Assembly (NCBI GenBank): GCA_965262915.1
Contig: OZ253564.1
Coordinates: 992,001-1,056,000, forward strand
Source: Candidatus Spongiisociaceae bacterium
Lineage (GTDB): Bacteria > Actinomycetota > Acidimicrobiia > Spongiisociales > Spongiisociaceae
Direction: 5' to 3'
Length of the DNA stretch: 64,000 nucleotides
The first letter of the stretch is position 1; each line of letters begins with the position of its first letter. The notes beneath the pieces are model-generated. The model did not search any database and was not told where the DNA came from. It saw only the letters and a program-made list of their open reading frames with translations. Positions 1 through 9,031 of this stretch are shown here, one piece after another. The translations under genes were made by a program, and so were the position numbers.

Positions 1-358
1 CTACGCAGACCCGATGCTGATGCCCGCGGGTCAGGTCCTGAGAATGGCGACGGCGAACGGCGCGCGGGCTCTCGATGTCGACGCCGGTGTCATCGAGTCG
101 GGCCGGAAGGCCGATCTCATCCTCGTGGAGGCTGAGACGGAGTTCTTCGACACCCGATCCGCCGCATACAGGGCCAACGTGGTGCCGAGGATGGTCTTCG
201 CCACGAACGGGAACATGGTCCAGACGGTGATCGTCGACGGACGCATCGTGATGGAGGACCGGGTCATCAAGACCGTCGACGAAGCAGAAGTCGCCGAACG
301 AGCCCGAGACGCAGTCGCCCGCCTTACCCGACACAAACGCTCGAAGGGAATGGGGTGA
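1..358 (+). CDS. Amidohydrolase family protein (MtaD/SsnA-like), C-terminal part, 5'-truncated by the window edge
   Basis: MATANGARAL, GVIESGRKADLIL and VQTVIVDGRIVM are typical amidohydrolase C-terminal motifs; GTGA overlap with the next gene. Confidence 0.85.
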   Translation, partial: YADPMLMPAGQVLRMATANGARALDVDAGVIESGRKADLILVEAETEFFDTRSAAYRANVVPRMVFATNGNMVQTVIVDGRIVMEDRVIKTVDEAEVAERARDAVARLTRHKRSKGMG

Positions 359-1002
359 GCTGGACCGAATACATGATGGAGGAGACCGCTCCGCTGTTCG
401 AACGTATCTATGAGCACCCGTTCCTGAAGGAACTCAGGGCCGGAACTCTGGGCAATGACAGGTTGGCCTTCTACTTCGAACAGAACGTGCATTACATAGA
501 CGCTGTCCTACGGTGCCGTTCGATCGTTGCTGCGAAAGCACAGAACGACGAGATCCGAGACTTCTTCCTGCGCAACACCAAATTGATCCTCGACGAGTAC
601 TACCACCAGGAGGACATGCTCCGCAAGCTGGGGGGTACCTTTGAGGCACCGGTCGCCCCGACGCTGTACGCCTACTCACGGCATCTCTTCTATCTCGCCT
701 TCGCTCGTGATCCGGTCGAGTATCTGGGATCGTTTCTACCCTGCCCGCTCAGCTACGACGCTATCGGCTACCAGCTCGTCGGCGCTCCCCTCACACCATT
801 CCAAGCCGATTGGTGGGATTTTTATATGAGTGACGCCCATCACACTCTCTGCAGTGACTACCGGGACTTCGTCGACAGGTACTCGCAAGGGCTCTCCGAC
901 GAGCGACGCGGTCAGATGTTGGAAACCTTCCGGATCGGTGTGAACTACGAGTACATGTTCTGGGACATGGCGTACACCAAGGAGCGCTGGCCGCTCCCTT
1001 GA
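355..1002 (+). CDS. tenA: TenA family protein (thiaminase II / aminopyrimidine aminohydrolase)
   Basis: HPFLKELRAGTL, FLPCPLSY (catalytic Cys position) and YEYMFWDMAY motifs. Confidence 0.85.
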   Translation: MSWTEYMMEETAPLFERIYEHPFLKELRAGTLGNDRLAFYFEQNVHYIDAVLRCRSIVAAKAQNDEIRDFFLRNTKLILDEYYHQEDMLRKLGGTFEAPVAPTLYAYSRHLFYLAFARDPVEYLGSFLPCPLSYDAIGYQLVGAPLTPFQADWWDFYMSDAHHTLCSDYRDFVDRYSQGLSDERRGQMLETFRIGVNYEYMFWDMAYTKERWPLP

Positions 1003-1039
1003 GAACCGTCAAACCTGGGAGAGGCGACGCCGGATCCTG

Positions 1040-1699
1040 CTATCTACCGACCGTCTTGTCTGCCAGCACTTCGACCTTCATCGGTGTGATGTGGTAACTG
1101 TTGGTGGGTGCTAGGACATCCATCGGGCAAGTACTCATCGCAGCCAGCAGGTCTACTTCGGCCCGGATCGATATGGTGTCGTTCGGCCGGGTGACGGGCT
1201 GATGTATCCGCATGACCCGGGTCTCCGGATCCGGCTGCGTGTTCATGAAAACCCCGATGGGGTCCGGAATCTCGGATGGGGCCACCCCATGAGGGGTGAG
1301 AACCTGTTGGAGCAACTCGAAGCACCCGTCCTGTGGGGTCACACTGTACATCTCGTACATTCCACGATTGCACATCCTCCCGTAGAGGTCGTGCACCCCC
1401 TTAACCGGCGAGGTGTCCTCGACAACGGTTGCAAGGGCGCGGTACCCGGTGGACCATATGGTGTTTCCGGGAGCCAGACCGAGAGGCGGCTCGTAGGTGG
1501 AAGTGTTACGGATGTTCCTAGTGCGGGTCCACGAAATCGAGTTGCGTTCGCGGAGGTCTTCCCGGGCGAACAGGACCAAGTCTCCTACCTGGCCACCTTC
1601 GATGTCGGTGATGCGGATGATCTGTCCGGTGTCAACCGTCCACGCCGCCGCTGCCTTGGGTGGAATGGTCTCCGAGTAGATCAACCGGGTGCCGCTCAT
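1040..1699 (-). CDS. Urea carboxylase-associated family protein (DUF1989)
   Basis: GQIIRITDIEGGQVGDL, HDLYGRMC, GCFELL, PIGVFMN, AMSTCPMD; ATG at 1699 with GGAGG RBS. Confidence 0.85.
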   Translation of the reverse strand: MSGTRLIYSETIPPKAAAAWTVDTGQIIRITDIEGGQVGDLVLFAREDLRERNSISWTRTRNIRNTSTYEPPLGLAPGNTIWSTGYRALATVVEDTSPVKGVHDLYGRMCNRGMYEMYSVTPQDGCFELLQQVLTPHGVAPSEIPDPIGVFMNTQPDPETRVMRIHQPVTRPNDTISIRAEVDLLAAMSTCPMDVLAPTNSYHITPMKVEVLADKTVGR

Positions 1700-1876
1700 T
1701 CCGCCTCCGTGACCATGGCTGGGACGTGAACGCAGTAACAGTATACGAGTATCGTGGGAAGACACCCCTGGCAACTGATACTACGTTGAACTCCGGGGCT
1801 CCTCGATCCCATTGCGGGATGTGGTCCGGGTGTGCGTTGGAGGGGTCCCTACTAGATTGCGCACCAGAGGTTGATC

Positions 1877-2275
1877 ATGAGATACGTTTCCGGCACTCCC
1901 ATTGTGGTTACCGAAGCCGACGGGATCGGGCTGACCACACCCGAGCCCTTCGTGCGGCACGTCAAGGTACTGCTGTCACCGTTGCTCCAGGAGGGGATCG
2001 GCGACTTCGCCGTGGGGTCGTGCGAGGTCCCGCTCGGCCAGCGGGGGAGCCTCCACACCCATCCGGACGCCGCCGAGATCTGGATGTTCTCCGAGGGTCA
2101 CGGAAGGGCCGTGGTCGGGAACCAGGAAATAGTGGTCGGCCCGGGATCCGTGGTCTACACGCCTCCGGGGGTGAGCCACCAGTTCTTCAATACCGGGGAT
2201 ACGCCCGTGAAGCTGTTCTGGATGTACAGCCCGGCGGGCGCCGAGCGGGAAGTGATCGAAGCCGAATTCACCTAG
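1877..2275 (+). CDS. Cupin domain protein
   Basis: LHTHPDAAEIW...GHG and PPGVSHQFFNTG cupin motifs 1 and 2. Confidence 0.85.
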   Translation: MRYVSGTPIVVTEADGIGLTTPEPFVRHVKVLLSPLLQEGIGDFAVGSCEVPLGQRGSLHTHPDAAEIWMFSEGHGRAVVGNQEIVVGPGSVVYTPPGVSHQFFNTGDTPVKLFWMYSPAGAEREVIEAEFT

Positions 2276-2387
2276 GAGGGGGCCGAAAAACCCCGTGCAA
2301 AGGGGTTCGCTCGCTAGCTGACAACTCTCAGACCGGGTAGTTTGCCAACCAGCGAACCCCGCAAGATTCGTCTTAAGACCCTCCTAG
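2272..2387. mobile_element. MITE-like element, family A, copy 1
   Basis: Ends CTAGGAGGG...CCCTCCTAG; internal stem GGGGTTCGCT/AGCGAACCCC; first ~40 nt nearly identical to the copy at 6669. Confidence 0.75.
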
Positions 2388-2406
2388 ACGGCGAGCGCGA
2401 TGCGTC

Positions 2407-3429
2407 TTACGTGTCGAGGATGCCCTTGCGCCAGGCTCTGATGTAGTTCGCGCAATACTCGTCCCGGCCCAGCAGCGTGTCCTCGGCCAGCCGGTATGGC
2501 ACAGAGTCCCGATCGGCGTCGAACACGGCGGAGGGTGGGTTCATCACCGGGTCGATGATGCCGCTGTCGGCGCCGGCATCGACAGCGAGGTTCATGAAGA
2601 CGGCGTTCATCAACTTGCGGGCCGGTATGCCGAAGGAAACGTTGCTCATCCCCCCGGTGATGTGGATCTCCGGGCCGAAGCGGTTGCGGATGGCCCGGAT
2701 GGCGTCCAGCGTGTGCAGACCGAAGCTGCCGTCCACCGAGATCGGGAATACCAGCGGATCGACGAAGATGTCCGGGGCGTCGATTCCCTTCTCGAGGGCC
2801 GATTCCACCATTCGGGATGCGTTGTCGACCCGCTCGTCGGCGGTCGATGGCATGCCGGCGCCGCCCGCTGCGGTGACGATGACCTTCGCTCCGTATTCGA
2901 TGGCCAGATCGAGGGCTTCAACGCGTTCCAGTGAGGCGGAGTTGAGCATGGGTGCTTCCCTCCCGCCGCAGGCGGCCTGCAAGCCGCTCTCGATGATCGT
3001 GATGTCCGATGAGTCGACGGAGATGGGCAGTGAGGTGACCGAACGCACGTAGCATACGAGCCAGGTCATCGCCGCTCGCTGCTCGGCTGTCTTGAGTGAG
3101 ATCTCGTCGACGTTGACATCGAGGTAGTGGGCTCCTGCCTCCTCCTGGTCCGCCACCACCCGCCGAAGGTACTCGTACCCGTCCTCCGCGTCGCGGCCGA
3201 CTCCCATCGCCGCGTCGACGGCCAGGACGATGTGCTTGACTCGACCTTCGTCGAAGGCCTGGCTCCTGCGCATCTGTTCCGAGACTTTCAACAGACGGGG
3301 GGTTCCGTCGACCGAATCGAACGGCACACCCTCGACGCCGTTCCGGGTGGCGAACCGCTTGCCCTTCCTCAGGACGATCCGGCTGGTGTGGACGTTCTCG
3401 CCCACTATGGTGAACCGGCGCCGGTTCAC
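2407..3429 (-). CDS. Pterin-binding methyltransferase (AcsE / MetH folate-domain-like; DHPS fold)
   Basis: IVGENVH, AGAHYLDVNVD, PISVDSS, MLNSAS, IFVDPLVFPI, TGGMSNVSFGIP; GTGA overlap with the upstream gene. Confidence 0.85.
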   Translation of the reverse strand: MNRRRFTIVGENVHTSRIVLRKGKRFATRNGVEGVPFDSVDGTPRLLKVSEQMRRSQAFDEGRVKHIVLAVDAAMGVGRDAEDGYEYLRRVVADQEEAGAHYLDVNVDEISLKTAEQRAAMTWLVCYVRSVTSLPISVDSSDITIIESGLQAACGGREAPMLNSASLERVEALDLAIEYGAKVIVTAAGGAGMPSTADERVDNASRMVESALEKGIDAPDIFVDPLVFPISVDGSFGLHTLDAIRAIRNRFGPEIHITGGMSNVSFGIPARKLMNAVFMNLAVDAGADSGIIDPVMNPPSAVFDADRDSVPYRLAEDTLLGRDEYCANYIRAWRKGILDT

Positions 3430-5111
3430 GAGGCCACCAACTCCGCAAACGGGTCTATCGGGAGGCCCGGCGGCAGGACATCCGGCATCGGCTTGAGCTG
3501 GCACCCCTCTACGAACAACTCGAAGAAGTCGGGGGTGGTCTCCAATTCGAGATGGGTGATCCGCCTTGCCTGCTCTTCCGCCCTGAGACGCTTGGATCTC
3601 GAGAGCAACATCGCCCGAGCGCCGTCGATGGCCGCGTTACCCACCTTGATCACTCTCTCCTTGGGGACGGGAGCTATCAGGCCAATGTCGATGGCGTTCC
3701 GCACGTTCAGGTAGGTGGCAAAACCACCCGCCAGATACAGGCGGTCGATATCCGACGGTTCGACTCCCGCAGTCCGCATCACGATCAACTGGCCGCAGTA
3801 GTTGGCGGCCTTAGCCTGCGCCAGGTTGCTGGCGTCCTCCTTCGAGAACGTGATCCCCCTTTCGGGAACGATGTCTACGGCGAAGAGTTTCCGGTCGGCG
3901 GTGAACACGCCTCGCTCGGTCATCAGACCGTGACGCCGTAGTTCGGCGAGCAGGTCGGTGAGGCCGGATCCGCAGATTCCGGTGGCGGGAGATCCTCCGA
4001 TTGTCGCGTATTCGGCGGCCGTGCCGTCCCCGGCCAGCCGGATGGACTCGATCGCCCCGTCGTACGCCCGCATCCCGTAGGTGACGAGACCCCCTTCGAA
4101 GGCCGGACCTGCAGGGCAGGATGCTGCGAAGGTACGCCCGCGGTGATGAAGAACCACCTCGGTGTTGGTACCCATGTCGATCAGCATCTCGGTCCGGCCC
4201 GATTCGCCCAGCCGGATTGTCTCCAGACAGGCCACCGCGTCGGCGCCGACGTGGCTGGCGATCAGCGGTAGACCGTAGGCCCTGGCTCTGCGGTTGGCTC
4301 GTAGTCCGAGGGTACCGGTACCGGTGAGCAGGGCCGTGTGGCTACGCCGGCCCGCCAGATACTCGTGCTCTATCAGCGACTTGTAGGGTTTCTGGCCGAT
4401 GCTCTGCACGCTCAAACCGAACAGGATGTCGCGCATGGTGGAGTTGGCCGCTACGACGATCTCGTACACGTGGGGTGGGCGCCGACCCAGGTGGGACACC
4501 ATCTCGCGGATTCCCTGGTTGATGGCCGTCACCACCGCGTTCTGCAGCTCACCGGCCACATCCTTGCGAGCTTCGTAGGAAATGCGGTTCATGACGTCGC
4601 TGCCACCGAACTGCTGGGGATTCTCGAAGCTGCTCACGGCGACGCTCCGGCCCGTTTCGAGGTCGACCAACTCGAGGACCACCGTGGTCGTACCCAGGTC
4701 CACCGCCAGACCGTAGATGGCGCCGCGGTAGACATCGACCTTGGAGTCCCCGTACCAGACCTCGTCTCCGATTCTGGTGACCATGGGCTCGAGTTCGGTG
4801 GAACCGGTAGCCTGCCTGCTCGGCTGGAGTATCCGCGGCCGTCTCCGTAGCGGAGCGAAGCTGATATTGCGGTCGTCCCGTACGATCCGGGCCTGGCAGG
4901 CCAGCCGGAAGTCGTCTCGCAGGAAACCCTCGGGTTCGGTACGTGCCGTCAGCGCGCTCATCCCGCGCGATATCTCCACCACGCACTCGTGGCACTGGCC
5001 CGTACGCCGGCAGGAGGTGGGAACCTCGACTGCCAACTCATCGGCATAGTCGAATACGGTCTTGTCCAGAACCAGCGGTCGCGATGTGCCCTCATAGGAA
5101 ACGGTGGTCAT
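3426..5111 (-). CDS. ASKHA-domain corrinoid reductive activator (RACo/RamA-like, DUF4445) with N-terminal 2Fe-2S ferredoxin
   Basis: SCRRTGQCHEC...RLACQA; AVDLGTTT, GSDVMNRI, IDMGTNTE, PAGPAFEG, GICGSGL, LAGGFA, GNAAIDGA. Confidence 0.9.
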   Translation of the reverse strand: MTTVSYEGTSRPLVLDKTVFDYADELAVEVPTSCRRTGQCHECVVEISRGMSALTARTEPEGFLRDDFRLACQARIVRDDRNISFAPLRRRPRILQPSRQATGSTELEPMVTRIGDEVWYGDSKVDVYRGAIYGLAVDLGTTTVVLELVDLETGRSVAVSSFENPQQFGGSDVMNRISYEARKDVAGELQNAVVTAINQGIREMVSHLGRRPPHVYEIVVAANSTMRDILFGLSVQSIGQKPYKSLIEHEYLAGRRSHTALLTGTGTLGLRANRRARAYGLPLIASHVGADAVACLETIRLGESGRTEMLIDMGTNTEVVLHHRGRTFAASCPAGPAFEGGLVTYGMRAYDGAIESIRLAGDGTAAEYATIGGSPATGICGSGLTDLLAELRRHGLMTERGVFTADRKLFAVDIVPERGITFSKEDASNLAQAKAANYCGQLIVMRTAGVEPSDIDRLYLAGGFATYLNVRNAIDIGLIAPVPKERVIKVGNAAIDGARAMLLSRSKRLRAEEQARRITHLELETTPDFFELFVEGCQLKPMPDVLPPGLPIDPFAELVAS

Positions 5112-5446
5112 GGTGAGCGGCCGTTCTCGGATCGGCTCTGTCGGCGAGATTCGGCTTCCCTCTTGATCGTGGCGATCTTCTCCTGTACGCGGACCCGGGA
5201 CCGCGGATTGGTCTCCCAGGCGGTCCGGTAGTCGAAAGTGCCGTCGTGGCCACAGCTGAGCCGATCCGCATCTTCCGGCGAGGCGAGCTGGTTGCGGCAT
5301 CTGAAGAGAGCTGTACATAGATCGTGCCGATCGCGGTACGGGCACCGGGTAACCGAGGAGACCTCGGCGTGGGCTACCACATCCGCGAAGATCGCTGCGA
5401 TCCGATCGAGCCGTTCCTGGTAGGCCTGCATATCGGCGGAGGACAC
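5108..5446 (-). CDS. Hypothetical Cys-containing protein in the corrinoid operon
   Basis: ATGA coupling to the RACo gene; CPYR-x5-C-x5-C-x13-CGHD. Confidence 0.7.
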   Translation of the reverse strand: MSSADMQAYQERLDRIAAIFADVVAHAEVSSVTRCPYRDRHDLCTALFRCRNQLASPEDADRLSCGHDGTFDYRTAWETNPRSRVRVQEKIATIKREAESRRQSRSENGRSP

Positions 5447-5455
5447 GGCAGACTC

Positions 5456-6145
5456 CTAGAGACTTACCTCGACGGCCAGCTTCTTGGCCAGTTCGACACA
5501 GGCCAGGGCGTCCTTCCCGTAGCCGTCGGCGCCCACCGCCTTGCCGAATTCGGGAGTCACCGGCGCGCCGCCGACCATGAACCTCACCTGGTCCCGCAGG
5601 CCGGCGTCCTTGAAGGCCTCGACGGTCTTGGCCATGTTGGGCATGGTGGTCGTGAGCAGAGCAGACATTCCGACCAGGCGGGCCTTGCTGGTCCTAACCG
5701 CCTCGAGGAACTCGTCCGGAGACGTGTTGACACCGAGGTTGATGACCGTGAACCCGCCCCCCCTCAACATCATTGTGCAGAGGTTCTTGGCGATATCGTG
5801 GAGGTCTCCTTGCACGGTGCCCATGATCACCGTGCTGATCGGCTCCACGCCGGATGCCGCGAGAATGGCCGGCCAGTTGTCCTTGGTTCCCCACCAGGTG
5901 GCTGCGTCGAGAGCATCTGCCTCGAGCTGGGAATGGAAGACGGGCATCAGCGTGTCCAGACCCAGGTTCTCGTGGGCCGTTGCAGCGAGGCGGGCTATCT
6001 TGTCGGCATCGAGGTGCGCCTCCGGGAATGCGGCGTCGGCGATGTCCATGGCTTCCAGGGTGATCACCGAACTGAGGGTCATCGCCGGTACCTTGTCGAC
6101 CCGTCCTCCGTACAGCGCCGAGAGGAAACGACGCCGGGGTGTCAT
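5456..6145 (-). CDS. Chimera: MtaA/CmuA (URO-D-like) methyltransferase N-terminus fused to a B12-binding corrinoid domain; probable deletion product
   Basis: N-terminus MTPRRRFLSALYGGRVDKVP...FPEAHLDADKIARLA...EADAL; C-terminus GTVQGDLHDIAKN, VGMSALLTTT, MVGGAPVT. Confidence 0.75.
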   Translation of the reverse strand: MTPRRRFLSALYGGRVDKVPAMTLSSVITLEAMDIADAAFPEAHLDADKIARLAATAHENLGLDTLMPVFHSQLEADALDAATWWGTKDNWPAILAASGVEPISTVIMGTVQGDLHDIAKNLCTMMLRGGGFTVINLGVNTSPDEFLEAVRTSKARLVGMSALLTTTMPNMAKTVEAFKDAGLRDQVRFMVGGAPVTPEFGKAVGADGYGKDALACVELAKKLAVEVSL

Positions 6146-6387
6146 CCACTCACCTGAGAGCCGCCTGAACCCTTCGTCCATGTTCTTCTTCTTTCCCGCG
6201 ATGTGGCAGATACTTCGAGACGAAAGGGTACACCTTTGAGGTAGTCGGTAGCTATCGGTTCATAGTCCGTGGGTGCGACTGGCTCGGCGCGCGGCCGGCG
6301 GAGGAAGTTCTCGGCGTGGTCGTCAAGGCTCGCGGGGGACACCCCCGGAGGGTTAGAGTCAGGGGCAAGAAGTACCATGGGAGGACT

Positions 6388-6672
6388 ATGCGACGCTTCG
6401 TCATCGAACGGGATATCCCTGACATCGGCTCTGCCGAGCGCGAGCAGCTGCGCGCCGCAGCCGGACAGTCCAACTCGGTTCTGCGAGCGATGCAATCCGA
6501 GGGCAAACACATCCAGTGGGAGAACAGCTACGTCGCTGCCGACAAGACCTTCTGCATCTACGTCTCCGACAGCCCGGAGCTGATCGACGAGCACGCCGAG
6601 CGCAGTGGGTTTCCGGCGACGGTGGTCACCGAGATCGGCAAGATGATCGATCCGACTACCGAGAAGCCTTAG
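6388..6672 (+). CDS. DUF4242 domain protein
   Basis: MRRFVIERDIP...IQWENSYVAADKTFCIY...EHAERSGFPA; GGAGG RBS. Confidence 0.8.
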   Translation: MRRFVIERDIPDIGSAEREQLRAAAGQSNSVLRAMQSEGKHIQWENSYVAADKTFCIYVSDSPELIDEHAERSGFPATVVTEIGKMIDPTTEKP

Positions 6673-6786
6673 GAGGGTGCCGAAAAACCCCGTGCAAAGG
6701 GGTTCGCTCGCTCGGCCCCCGACTCTTGGACTAGGTGGTCTGCAAATGAGCGAATCCCGCTAGATTCGTTTTCAGCGCCCTCCTAG
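6669..6786. mobile_element. MITE-like element, family A, copy 2
   Basis: TTAGGAGGGTGCCGAAAA...TTTTCAGCGCCCTCCTAG terminal inverted repeat; internal stem GGGGTTCGCTC/GAGCGAATCCC. Confidence 0.75.
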
Positions 6787-7498
6787 CTGCGGACAGACCG
6801 CCATGGCACGCATCAATGTCCCCGAACGGGCCCTTGACGTGCGCGTCCGGGAGATCGCCCGCATGCGGGTGGCCCGGATCAATCCACGCTGAATCACCGA
6901 ACGGAGCGACAATGAACAAACTCGGGTTTCGGGTCAGCCGCTCGATCCAGAACTGAGCACTTCCGCAGGAAGCCGCATGCCGGACCCGACCCGCGTAGCA
7001 CATCTCACCGCCGGCGAGACGAGCGTGGTCGGTGACGGGGGAATGCGAGATGTCGCTCACTGGGGCGCGGCCCTGCCCGCCGCCGCCGTAGATCCGCAGA
7101 TGTCAAGCCGCTCGGTTGTTGGCGGGGGGCAACCTGCGGCAAGCGCAGGAGTGGTGACCGAACGCGCCGGTCACATCATGATCGTCGATCACCCCGACCC
7201 GGTGATCGACGCGCCTGCCGCCTTCCTGGCAGAGGTCCCGCCGTCATCGGCGACAGCCGAGTGACGCCACCCGGCTCGACGGATCGGCTCAGCCGGAAGT
7301 AATCGGCGGGGTCCAATGGGGCCCCTGAGGGCCGGGCCGGACCTAGCGGGGGATACCGGTCCTTGGGAGATTCTTTAAGGACCTCAAGCTGCGCCGGTGG
7401 ATGTCCGACGGCTCTCAAGCGAGCAGAGCGGCCTTGTGACGTGGAGAATGATAGCCCTTGTTGGATCCGAACTCGTAATTGGGGTAATTGGGGGATAA

Positions 7499-8458
7499 GA
7501 GCGTCCGCGGGTAGGTGGGGGAAATCCACCAGTTGGGGTTGTCTCGGGTTTGATACCGAGCGGAAACATACCCCCAACTGGTGGAGGCATCATTATGCGC
7601 GCGCTCGATCCCGAAGTAGCAAACCCGGTCTGGGCTGCTGTGGAGGCCCTGCTACCTTCCCGTGAGGACAACCATCCCCTGGGCTGTCACAATCCCCGTA
7701 TCTCTGACCGTATCTGTTTTGGGGGGATACTGATCCGGTTGGCGACCGGCTGTTCGTGGGAGACAGCCGAACAGCTCTTGGCCGGGGCGGTGTCGGACAC
7801 CACACTTGGGGCCCGACGCGACGAGTGGGTAGAAGCCGACGTGTTCGAGAATCTCGAAACCGAGGCCCTGGCAGCCTAGGACCGCACAATCGGGTTGGAC
7901 CTCACAGAGGCTTCGGTCGACGGGAGCCAACACAAGGCGCCCTGCGGTGGGGAAGGAACCGGGAAAAACCCCTGTGACCGGGCCAAATCGGGTTGGAAAT
8001 GGTCCCTGGCTGTCGATAAGGCTGGCATCCCGGTGGGATGGCCATCGACGGCGCCAACCGTCACGACAGCATCCTGTTCGAACCCACCCTCGAGTCTGTG
8101 GCCGACCGCGGTCTGATACCCGACCTCGAGACCCTACATCTGGACCGTGCCTATGACAGCAAACCGGTCCGGGCTCTCTGCGAAGCCGCAGGGATCACCG
8201 ACGTGATATGCGCTAAGAAACGACCACGAGGCCAAACCAACCACACCAAGATACGAACACCTCTCGGCCTGCGCTGGGCTGTGGAGCGAACCAACTCGGC
8301 GCTCACCAACTACGGGCAGCTACGCCGCAACACCGACCGCCTAACACAGCACCGACAAGCCCAACTCAGCCTCGCGATCACGTTCATAATCACCATCAAA
8401 CTCATCAACTGGAGAAACCGCTGGAACCCCACCAACTAACCCCTACCCGCGGACGCTC
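7499..8458 (+). mobile_element. IS5-family insertion sequence (960 bp), decayed
   Basis: Perfect 17-bp TIR GAGCGTCCGCGGGTAGG / CCTACCCGCGGACGCTC; flanks TAA / CAA. Confidence 0.9.
7595..8439 (+). pseudogene. IS5-family DDE transposase pseudogene
   Basis: Three pieces: in-frame TAG at 7877-7879 and a frameshift near 8038; motifs SVDGSQHKAP, LHLDRAYD, RWAVERTNS. Confidence 0.9.
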
Positions 8459-9031
8459 CAAGGCGATCCGGGCGCCGCCGGAAGGATGTGCGGACAGGTA
8501 GGTTCTCCGTTGTCGCAAGAACCGTCGGGGCTCCGGACGCAGGATCCGGGGTTCCGGAGGTGTCGGCCCGGAGCCCTCGAGGTGGTGTGGCCTCGGCGGA
8601 CGTAGGCATGGCGGACCTGCAGTTCCACGTTGCGGGTCGCGATCTCGTGTCGGGGAGGCGGGGAGTCGTTGCGGCTACTCGCGATCGTGCCCGGCAGGCC
8701 TATCGCGCAAGCCGTGGACAACGAGAACGCGAAAACGGGCGCACGGTCCCCTCCTGCGAGCCCACCCCCACCGCCACCTCCGTTGATCCCGGAGCGCGTT
8801 CCTCCATCCCCGCTGGGGTCGGCTCCGGCAAATATGATCCCTGCCCTAGTCCGCTCGCCGCCTCAAGCGGACCGCTGGTGTATACGGCTACCCAACAGTA
8901 TGCAACGGAGCTATGACACGTTCAACCCTCTCTTAGCCGGCTGGTCGGCCGGGAAGGGTCCCGGGGCGTTTCGGACCGCTCGCGGGTCGGTCGGGGGCGT
9001 CCCCGACACGACGGACCGGAGATTCGCGACG

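Noticed and set aside
6146-6330. Possible decayed gene end upstream of the MtaA-like start
   Set aside because: Protein-like text appears only by switching frames, and I cannot assign a family.
7475-7498. GTAATTGGG x2 beside the IS5 left end
   Set aside because: Only two short copies; too weak to call.
7877-8045. Programmed recoding in the IS5 transposase
   Set aside because: No slippery A-run at the shift, and there is also an in-frame TAG; decay is more likely.
8459-9030. Long intergenic stretch with several overlapping ORFs
   Set aside because: No frame gives a recognisable protein and no convincing RNA structure was seen.
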